Shown here in pieces: positions 37,521 to 45,282 of a stretch of 64,000 bases of DNA; positions within the stretch are counted from its first letter, which is position 1; the number at the start of each line of letters is the position of its first letter. The notes beneath the pieces are model-generated. The model was not told the origin of the DNA, did not search any database, and saw only the letters and a program-made list of their open reading frames with translations. Source of the DNA: a virus; IMG/VR virus record IMGVR_UViG_3300005265_000001, positions 1-64,000 of that record. One strand, given 5' to 3'. Position numbers and translations under genes: made by a program.

Positions 37521-38140
37521 AAGAGCGGACAACCCATAAATATTTACGAAAATACAAAGGTAAGAATGGGAAATGGGTTTACATTTATAAGGAAACAAGT
37601 TTAAAAGATTCCAAAAATTCTTTATTTGAATTTGAATCTATTGGAAAAATTGCCAATAAAATAAGAAATCAAAAATACGAAACCTTTGTGTTGTTTGACA
37701 ATAAAGGAAATGTTGTATTTCAAAAAGATGGTGGTGAAGATTACGTTAAATTGGACGGCTATTCTTTAAAAAAAGCCATTAAACGAAATAAAACAACTAT
37801 TCACAATCATCCCAAAGGTAGTTCATTTTCTTGGGAAGATATTAATATTGTTTTAAATGCGGGCCACGAATCAATGTATGTTTGCTCGAAAAAATATGAT
37901 TATAAAATTGAATTTGATTATGAAAAAATAAATGAAAAATATGGAGATATTGAAAGATTCAGAAAAGAATTGGCAAATGAAAATTTAAGAGCAAATGTAG
38001 AAGTGCGAAATAAACTTGAAGATATGATAGATGACGGAAAAATAACACCACAAGAAGCAGAAATATTACATGAAAATTTGGTTTGGAATAAAATTCAGGA
38101 TAGAATGGTAGGTATAAAATATATAAGGCGAGAGATATAA
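37517..38140 (+). CDS. HKY-leader protein with JAB/MPN-like domain
   Basis: leader; YETFVLFD...HNHPKGSSFSWED. Confidence 0.8.
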   Translation: MKERTTHKYLRKYKGKNGKWVYIYKETSLKDSKNSLFEFESIGKIANKIRNQKYETFVLFDNKGNVVFQKDGGEDYVKLDGYSLKKAIKRNKTTIHNHPKGSSFSWEDINIVLNAGHESMYVCSKKYDYKIEFDYEKINEKYGDIERFRKELANENLRANVEVRNKLEDMIDDGKITPQEAEILHENLVWNKIQDRMVGIKYIRREI

Positions 38141-38145
38141 ACAAA

Positions 38146-39291
38146 ATGAAAAAAAGAACAAATCATAAATATCTTAGAAAATATAGAGGCAAGGGTGGGA
38201 AGTGGATTTATATTTATAAGGAAGGAAAAAAGAAAGATAGGACTGTAAAGGTAAAATTAACAAAATATCAACAATTAGCTATTGATAGAGTTAATGAAAA
38301 TTCTCCCGAATTGACACTTGAAAATGTCAGGAAATTATTTTATAAATATTTTATAAAAAACAAAAGAATGGCAGATTATCTTAAAAATTATAAGAAAGAA
38401 CATGGTAAAGATTTGATTACAACTAAAGATTTCTATAAATTGGGCAAATTTTTCCAAAAAAATATAGGAACAGATATTTTACCTGTTTACATTTTGAGAA
38501 AATTTAAACGGGGGGATTTAGAAAAAAGTTCATCTTATAAAGATTTGGTAAAAACAAAAAGAATGAAAAATCAATTAGAATTGGGTAAAGCCGCAACATC
38601 CAATGGATCATTGATTCCCGCACCTGGGGATTTGAGGGATTATTGGGAACGTAGGTCTTTTTATGGTGCATTTCAGGAAAATCCAGAATATAAAAAATTA
38701 TTAAAAAGAGAATCAGAATATTTTACTAAAAAATTAGGAAGAGAGCGTCCTATTTATGGGTATATGTCTCTTCATAATTCTTCAATGGATTTTAGAACAC
38801 AATCACAATATGGATTTTTCAAATTTAGAGTGAAACCTGAAATTGTTGAAAAATATGTTACATTTACTCCAAACAATAGCAGTGATTCAGATGAATTAAA
38901 TAGAACATTTACAAAAAAGAATCCGTATTACTTGCTTGAATACATAATGGATAGTATATCAAATAGGAAAACTAAAATTGGTATAATGGAAAAGGATATA
39001 GAAATTATAAAAAACATAATAAAAACGGGTAAAATAGATGCCCCAAAAGAAACTTTTGATAATTTAGCAACATTTTTTAGAAGATATGTTGAATCACAAT
39101 TAATTGGAGATGCAACACTTGATAAATTTGAATATGTTGCCATTGAAGATTGGAAAAATAATGAAAATCTTAAAAGATATTATGGGTCTGATTATATTGA
39201 TAAAGAAATGCAACGATTTTCTCCGAAAATATTAAAACAAATTGCAAAAGAATTGGGTATTCCAGTTAAAATAGAGGGGGGCAATAAATGA
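38146..39291 (+). CDS. HKY-leader protein with DUF3626-like (possibly ART-fold) domain
   Basis: leader; ERPIYGYM, SQYG, VTFTPNNS, YVESQLIG. Confidence 0.6.
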   Translation: MKKRTNHKYLRKYRGKGGKWIYIYKEGKKKDRTVKVKLTKYQQLAIDRVNENSPELTLENVRKLFYKYFIKNKRMADYLKNYKKEHGKDLITTKDFYKLGKFFQKNIGTDILPVYILRKFKRGDLEKSSSYKDLVKTKRMKNQLELGKAATSNGSLIPAPGDLRDYWERRSFYGAFQENPEYKKLLKRESEYFTKKLGRERPIYGYMSLHNSSMDFRTQSQYGFFKFRVKPEIVEKYVTFTPNNSSDSDELNRTFTKKNPYYLLEYIMDSISNRKTKIGIMEKDIEIIKNIIKTGKIDAPKETFDNLATFFRRYVESQLIGDATLDKFEYVAIEDWKNNENLKRYYGSDYIDKEMQRFSPKILKQIAKELGIPVKIEGGNK

Positions 39292-39584
39292 AAGTTTTAA
39301 GTATTGACAAACATGAAAATGAATATAGGGTTTATATAGAAAAAAATGGCAAATATTATTTATATTCTATTACTCCAAAAAAACAAACCGAAATAGTAGA
39401 TTATCCCGATATCAAAAATTATGGGCATTTTGTAAATGTTATTTGGAAATTTGACAATTTTGTGTGGTTTACTAAAGAACCTTATGAAATTTCAAAATTG
39501 GATTATGATACAATTCAGAAAGTTCATTCATATTGGAGCAAAAAATATTGGAATGGAAAAGATGGACCTGAATGGGTAGAATAA
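39288..39584 (+). CDS. hypothetical protein, translationally coupled to 38146 gene
   Basis: start overlaps the upstream stop; GAGGGGG SD. Confidence 0.65.
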   Translation: MKVLSIDKHENEYRVYIEKNGKYYLYSITPKKQTEIVDYPDIKNYGHFVNVIWKFDNFVWFTKEPYEISKLDYDTIQKVHSYWSKKYWNGKDGPEWVE

Positions 39585-39585
39585 G

Positions 39586-39614
39586 TTGACTTTTGCTTGA
39601 AATGGTGATATAAT
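39586..39614 (+). promoter_or_regulatory. sigma70-type promoter
   Basis: TTGACT-17 bp-TATAAT with TG extension. Confidence 0.75.
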
Positions 39615-39639
39615 GGTTAAAATTTAATGGAGGAAAATA

Positions 39640-40158
39640 ATGATTATTGAAAGACAAGAAAAAGGGATTGTTCTAAAAAAAGAAGAAGAAAATTCCATTT
39701 CTGATTTTATCGAAAGTCCTGATTTAATCTCAAACTATTTAGAATTTTATTTTTCCAAACAAGACGGTTGGAGTTATCTTTATGATATTCAAAAAAATTG
39801 TGTTTATTGGTTGACTGATTATGGTTTTAGTGCCATAGATGAATTTTTGAATTGTGATAAAGTATTTCTTCCAAAACACCCAAACGATAATACATATAAA
39901 GGATATGAATGGAATGAAGGCCGGCCGTCATGGATACGGTATGAAGTTTTTTTGAGAACTGGTTATTATTTAAAAAAATACAAAGACAGGGATAGGGCAT
40001 TTAAAGAAACTTTGGAATCAATGAAAGAATTGATTGAGGCGAAAGATATTGAAAAAACTGAAATAATGAAAGCATTTAATTTAACATATATGTGGGAGGA
40101 ACCTAACAAAAGACAACAAATGGTAATTGGTATTTTGAAAATTTTATTGGGAGAATAA
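39640..40158 (+). CDS. hypothetical protein
   Basis: GGAGG SD. Confidence 0.65.
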   Translation: MIIERQEKGIVLKKEEENSISDFIESPDLISNYLEFYFSKQDGWSYLYDIQKNCVYWLTDYGFSAIDEFLNCDKVFLPKHPNDNTYKGYEWNEGRPSWIRYEVFLRTGYYLKKYKDRDRAFKETLESMKELIEAKDIEKTEIMKAFNLTYMWEEPNKRQQMVIGILKILLGE

Positions 40159-40161
40159 AAG

Positions 40162-40419
40162 ATGGATATATGTGGCGTTAAGATTCCACTTTGGAAATAT
40201 ATTGCTTTTAAAATGTGGGAATGGAAACATTGTTGGAGATACATAAATATAGAATACCAAGGCAAAATATATAATTGCAGATGTTGTGATTATTGTTGTG
40301 ATTTACAAATTAAAAATAGCAATGGAAAATGGAAAAAATTCAGGGGCGAAATAGCCGATAATATTTTAAAAACTTTGAAAGAAAAGCATAGAAGAATTAC
40401 AAATATTAAAATAAATTAA
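40162..40419 (+). CDS. hypothetical Cys-rich protein
   Basis: CRCCDYCC. Confidence 0.5.
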   Translation: MDICGVKIPLWKYIAFKMWEWKHCWRYINIEYQGKIYNCRCCDYCCDLQIKNSNGKWKKFRGEIADNILKTLKEKHRRITNIKIN

Positions 40420-40626
40420 AGGAGTATTAAAATGAGAGAATGGGGAACAGATGAATGGGAAAAAATGTATGAAGAAAAAGAACCCCCCAAAAAATCCAAG
40501 AAAGAACCAACTCGTGAAGAAATTGAAAGGGAATATGAGACGGTTGATTATATGTGGCGAAAATATTTGGTTGATGATTAATTTTGATTTATATTATTAA
40601 CTAAAATATAAGAGGTGTAAGGTCTT

Positions 40627-40941
40627 ATGAAAGAAATAAAAGATGCCAGAAACGTTAAATCCTTTATAAATCTTGACAAAATTGCGCTAATTTACAAAGA
40701 AATGACGTTTTACGTCATTATTGCCAATGATGGAAGCGAATTGAAGGTAAATGACAAATATTTTTCAGAAATTTTCAAAGAAATAAAAAATAGAATGATT
40801 AGAATCAATGGGAAATATTCAACAGAAATGTGGGTGGACCCAAAATTTATTTCAATGTATCGAGAATACCCAAACGGGGATGCTGAAATTTATCTATCGG
40901 GGCAACAGTTTTTTGCAATTTCTCCAATTGAGTTAAAATAA
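40627..40941 (+). CDS. hypothetical protein with duplicated LytTR-like beta motif
   Basis: SFINLDKIALI and MWVDPKFISMY repeats. Confidence 0.5.
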   Translation: MKEIKDARNVKSFINLDKIALIYKEMTFYVIIANDGSELKVNDKYFSEIFKEIKNRMIRINGKYSTEMWVDPKFISMYREYPNGDAEIYLSGQQFFAISPIELK

Positions 40942-40942
40942 T

Positions 40943-41164
40943 ATGGCTATTCAAATAGAAAATTCAGTTGTAACATTAGAACATTTAAATTATTCAGATG
41001 ATATTACAATATCCAATTCAATTGCGGATATAAATAATTCAAATTGTAGTGGTCATGTGACTATAAGTGCCTCATTGGTTAATATAAACCTATCAACTAT
41101 AAATGCTGAATTATTGAATGTTTCAAATAACAGTGTTGTTAATGCTAATATAACAAATTTATAG
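40943..41164 (+). CDS. short beta-helix-like protein
   Basis: N/S/I-rich periodic sequence resembling the N-termini of 41168 and 43916. Confidence 0.5.
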   Translation: MAIQIENSVVTLEHLNYSDDITISNSIADINNSNCSGHVTISASLVNINLSTINAELLNVSNNSVVNANITNL

Positions 41165-41167
41165 AAA

Positions 41168-42103
41168 ATGAAAGAAAATACTGATTTTGATGGATTGACA
41201 TTTTGTGACACTTCCGGTGGTAGTGTTGATGGTGGTAGTGTAATAAACCTAAATTCGTGTGTTATAAATCATGATTTGGCTGTGGTTGGATCAACTATTA
41301 GAGTAAATTCTACAAGCGGCGGTGGGGAAGTTCAATTAACAGGAAATTCAACCGCTTGGGTTAATACAACAACGCTTGGAAAATTGAAAATTTCTAATAA
41401 TGATGGGTCAAATGCAATTATTTCAAATGTAAAAAATGGCAATTTTCAGGTTAATTTACAAGATGCTTGTAATGGTGTTACAGATGTGGATCAAAATTCA
41501 GGTGATTTTAGGATTGCCTCTAAAAATTTTGATAATAGATTGATTGAAAAACTTCAAACAATTTCAGATATTTTACAACATTGTTACAATACTGATAATT
41601 CCGGGCCATGTTCAAATTGTGGGTCTCCCGCTTCTGGTGGAAGTATGGCGTTCGGTGGTGGTGAGACATTAGAACCCGAAGAAATCGGATTACCAGAACC
41701 AGGTCCAGGAAATTCACCCTTTTATAAATTTTCTAATTCAACTTGGACAGTTTCAAATGATTTGCCAGAATATATTTTATGTGCTCATGGAATAACTTGT
41801 AATGAAAAAGGATATATTTGTGGTGATATTTATAATTTTGAATATGTTTCAAATACATTTACTCAAAAATCATGGCCGGACACGTCATATAATTTTTCTA
41901 TTTCATCATTAAATAACAAAATTTACTATAATCATGGAAGATGGGATGCTCAAACTCCCCCTCATGATGATGGAAATAGAGAATACAACCCTCAAACAGA
42001 TACTTTCACAACTGATATGGACGGTTATCTTTCAGAAGGAAATGGTGCTTTTGTTGTAAATGAGAAAATTCATGTATTTGGTGGGGGCATAGTGCCCTAT
42101 TAA
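41168..42103 (+). CDS. putative virion protein: beta-helix + Cys knuckle + partial Kelch repeats
   Basis: paralogous to the 43916 N-half (SVINLNSC...SDILQHCYNTD..G.C..CGS); EYNPQTDTF, IHVFGG. Confidence 0.7.
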   Translation: MKENTDFDGLTFCDTSGGSVDGGSVINLNSCVINHDLAVVGSTIRVNSTSGGGEVQLTGNSTAWVNTTTLGKLKISNNDGSNAIISNVKNGNFQVNLQDACNGVTDVDQNSGDFRIASKNFDNRLIEKLQTISDILQHCYNTDNSGPCSNCGSPASGGSMAFGGGETLEPEEIGLPEPGPGNSPFYKFSNSTWTVSNDLPEYILCAHGITCNEKGYICGDIYNFEYVSNTFTQKSWPDTSYNFSISSLNNKIYYNHGRWDAQTPPHDDGNREYNPQTDTFTTDMDGYLSEGNGAFVVNEKIHVFGGGIVPY

Positions 42104-42116
42104 AGGAAAAGCAAAA

Positions 42117-42602
42117 ATGAAAAGTAATGATTTTGATGGACTAACATTTTCCAATGGGGCGGCTGGATGCGGATATAATTTAGCACGAAGAGAAGACACA
42201 AGTCATTATGAATATATTCCTTTCGTTTCAAAAACAACGAAAACTGATATGCCCTATGCCGTTTATTTTCACGCTTATACAGATTTAAATAATAAAGGAT
42301 ATTCTTTGTGTGGAAAAGATGATTATGATGATTATGCCACAACTGGATATGTTTTTGAATATTTACCCGATACTTGGGTATCTAAAACAGATTATTCACA
42401 TAATTTGTCCCAAATGGGCGCCACAATAGTCAATAATAAAGTCTATGCGTTAGGGGGATATGAAGTTTATGATGATGAATTTGGATATATGCAATATGCG
42501 TCTGTGAGTTGGGTTAATTATTTAGAAAATGACACTTGGACGACAGATGAGCAAATGCCCGATTCAGTAAATCACATGGGGGCATTTAATAATGTTTCTT
42601 AA
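42117..42602 (+). CDS. short Kelch-repeat protein
   Basis: EYLPDTWVSKT, NNKVYALGG; N-terminus DFDGLTF shared with 41168. Confidence 0.7.
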   Translation: MKSNDFDGLTFSNGAAGCGYNLARREDTSHYEYIPFVSKTTKTDMPYAVYFHAYTDLNNKGYSLCGKDDYDDYATTGYVFEYLPDTWVSKTDYSHNLSQMGATIVNNKVYALGGYEVYDDEFGYMQYASVSWVNYLENDTWTTDEQMPDSVNHMGAFNNVS

Positions 42603-43481
42603 ATGAAATTTTTTCATGTTTCTCCAATAAAACCACAAGGTATTTTCAATTCAGTTAAAACACTATCGAATTATACAAAACAACCATTATATTTAATCAA
42701 TTTTCCTCTACATATCCCCAAAAATATTCCGATTCATTTAAATGTTCCGTGGTCTTTTTCTAAGGTTTATCCATATTTGGTTAATACCTTATCTATTTTT
42801 ACAATTCATCATTCGAGTAATTTAATTGGTATCAAAAGTTTTGAAAATGTTTTTTATGTTGTATTGACAAAATGGTTGTATAATAATTTGGTTGATAATT
42901 TGGAAAATGTTGTTTATATTCCTAATGGAATAGATTTGAATTTTTTCAAACCAAACAAATCATTTTTAGAATCCGAAAAGTTTACAATTCTAATAAATGC
43001 CAAGAATTTCAATATGTTGTATAATATTTTAGATAAGTTGAATGAAAATGATATTAGAGTAATGATATATGGAAATCATAAGAAAATAGAAAAATCATTT
43101 AATTTTGAAATAATAGATTGGGGTTGGGTGGAAAATAAAGTTTTGCTATTACATATTTTGAACGGTGTAGATGTTTTTATTCCTTTGTTTGGAAAATCAA
43201 TGTTACCTAATGTTATTTTAGAAAATATGGCTTGTCAGAATGTTCCAATTGTTTTAGATTATTATGGTGTAGATGAAATAATACGTAATAAAATTAATGG
43301 TTATGTTGTTAATAACATAGATGAGTTAATTGAACAAATTTTTGTTTTGAAAGATAACAAAAAGATTTTGAGAAAAATAGGTATAAATGCAAGGACTAAT
43401 GTTGATAAGTATTTTAATCCAATCATTCAAGCTAACAAATTTTTGAATTTTTATGACTCCATTTCCAAATACCATATATAA
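42603..43481 (+). CDS. GT-B glycosyltransferase (GT4-like)
   Basis: YIPNGIDLNFF, PNVILENMAC..VPIV, DEII.NKINGYVV. Confidence 0.8.
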   Translation: MKFFHVSPIKPQGIFNSVKTLSNYTKQPLYLINFPLHIPKNIPIHLNVPWSFSKVYPYLVNTLSIFTIHHSSNLIGIKSFENVFYVVLTKWLYNNLVDNLENVVYIPNGIDLNFFKPNKSFLESEKFTILINAKNFNMLYNILDKLNENDIRVMIYGNHKKIEKSFNFEIIDWGWVENKVLLLHILNGVDVFIPLFGKSMLPNVILENMACQNVPIVLDYYGVDEIIRNKINGYVVNNIDELIEQIFVLKDNKKILRKIGINARTNVDKYFNPIIQANKFLNFYDSISKYHI

Positions 43482-43962
43482 AAATGCTGAAAATTTACAA
43501 CATATTCCTTTTGAATGTTTAATGCTATTTGATAAGCACGGCAATTTATCAGTTTTTTATACGTCTTTTTCAAAAACCAAAGTAAAATTAAAGAAAAAAG
43601 AAATCAAATATCCAATTGAATCTCGCCATTTTTCTATTCATAATCATTTGAAAGATAATTCCTTTTCTCTTGTGGATATTATTACAATTATGAATTTATT
43701 GATAAAATGGTCAATAGTTGTAACACCTAATAGATGGTTTTGCCTGGAATTGGATGTGAAAAATTTACTTTTATTGAATAGATGGGAAGAAATGCAAAAA
43801 ATTAAAATGGAATGGAATCAATTGAAACGATATACCCATACAACAAACCATTATAAAATGAAAGAAATAACAAAAAAGTATCCAAACATATTTAATAGTT
43901 ATATTATTTTACACAATGGAAAATTCAGTAATAAATCTAAATTCATGCTCAATAAACCATAA
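43453..43962 (+). CDS. JAB/MPN-like protein without HKY leader
   Basis: FECLMLFDKHG...HNHLKDNSFSLVD. Confidence 0.65.
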   Translation: MTPFPNTIYKNAENLQHIPFECLMLFDKHGNLSVFYTSFSKTKVKLKKKEIKYPIESRHFSIHNHLKDNSFSLVDIITIMNLLIKWSIVVTPNRWFCLELDVKNLLLLNRWEEMQKIKMEWNQLKRYTHTTNHYKMKEITKKYPNIFNSYIILHNGKFSNKSKFMLNKP

Positions 43963-45205
43963 AATTGAAGTATCAAATTCCACTTTAGAAATTAACTCAA
44001 GCAATGCTCAAAATGTTGATTTGAAGAATGGAAGTGCGGGTAAAATTAGTTCAAGTGATTTGTCTGAATTAAATATTGAAACGGATAATAATTCAACCGC
44101 AATAGTTTCAACTGTAAAATCAAGCAATTTTAATGTAAAAGCTAAAGATGGATGTAATATAAATGAAGTTCAGCAAAATAGCGGAGATGTTAAGTTTTTT
44201 TCAAAAAATTATGATGAGAGATTAATAGAAAAATTTCAATCACTTTCAGATATTTTACAACATTGTTATAATACTGATGTTTCTGGAATTTGTGGTGTCT
44301 GTGGAAGTGGTGGACCTTCGCATGTTCCAAAAGGTTATATTTTTGGGGGATTTAGTGGGTCTGATGGACAACCAAGTTATTCAATTATGGATGATATTGA
44401 TGAATATGATGAAAATGGTGATTTGTGGTCGTCTAAAAGCAATTTATTATCTCCCGCAAGGGATTATACGTCGGCTTTTTATATTTCCACAAAAGGGTAT
44501 ATAGTTGGGGGAAGGGGTGGATATCATACTTTGGATGATACCATTGAATATACACCCGAAATTGATAGTTGTATTTTACGTGGAAATATGGTTCATGATA
44601 GACAAGATGGCACGGCGTTTTCTATAAATAATAAAGGTTATTATAGTGGCGGATTTGGAAGTGATAGTTCCAATCAATCAAATACAAATTTTGAATATGA
44701 TGTAGCCGGGGATAGTTGGGTTACAAAACACACAATTCCCTATCCCGCAAGAAGGGAATTAAGGTCTTCTACTATAAATAATAAAGGATATTTGTTTTCT
44801 GGTTTTAATATGAGTCTTCATTATCTAAGAGATACAGAAGAGTATAATCCTTTGAATGATACATGGGTATCAAAAACAGATCATAATAGTCCAGGACGGG
44901 GACTAAATGCGGCGTCTCCATTTGATAATAAAAGTTATATAATAGGTGGGGATACTGGTAGTTCTTATATAAATGATGTTGATGAATATGAACCTGGTGG
45001 TGATACATGGGTATCAAAAACTAATTATCCTACAATTATAGGAAGACAAGTTAGTAATAATTTATCAAATGGTATATGTGTCTTTGGAGGAGAAAATTCA
45101 TCTACAATTGTTCGAGATGTATATGAATTTAATAACAATTCATGGACTTCAAAAGCAAGTTTACCATCGCCTTCAAGAGCAAATGCGTCAGGAACACCAA
45201 TTTAA
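43916..45205 (+). CDS. Kelch beta-propeller virion protein
   Basis: about six repeats of KGY(I/L)(F/V)GG...EY....D.W.SK(T/S). Confidence 0.85.
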   Translation: MENSVINLNSCSINHKIEVSNSTLEINSSNAQNVDLKNGSAGKISSSDLSELNIETDNNSTAIVSTVKSSNFNVKAKDGCNINEVQQNSGDVKFFSKNYDERLIEKFQSLSDILQHCYNTDVSGICGVCGSGGPSHVPKGYIFGGFSGSDGQPSYSIMDDIDEYDENGDLWSSKSNLLSPARDYTSAFYISTKGYIVGGRGGYHTLDDTIEYTPEIDSCILRGNMVHDRQDGTAFSINNKGYYSGGFGSDSSNQSNTNFEYDVAGDSWVTKHTIPYPARRELRSSTINNKGYLFSGFNMSLHYLRDTEEYNPLNDTWVSKTDHNSPGRGLNAASPFDNKSYIIGGDTGSSYINDVDEYEPGGDTWVSKTNYPTIIGRQVSNNLSNGICVFGGENSSTIVRDVYEFNNNSWTSKASLPSPSRANASGTPI

Positions 45206-45282
45206 TTTTTATATTATTTTTAAAAAATTGGGGAATAAAGTTTTTATATTATTAAAAGAGAAAATAAAAGGAGAGCTATATA

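Larger units (their letters stand above)
32188..38223 (+). repeat. six dispersed ~60-bp near-identical repeats encoding the HKY leader (starts 32188, 33309, 35549, 36409, 37535, 38164)
   Basis: consensus CAYAAATAY...GAAAATAYARAGGYAAG...GGGAARTGGRTTTAYATTTATAAGGAA; all end in ATTTATAAGGAA. Confidence 0.9.

Noticed and set aside
41168-45205. Diversity-generating retroelement acting on the Kelch genes
   Set aside because: No reverse transcriptase in the window and no adenine-specific TR/VR pair noticed
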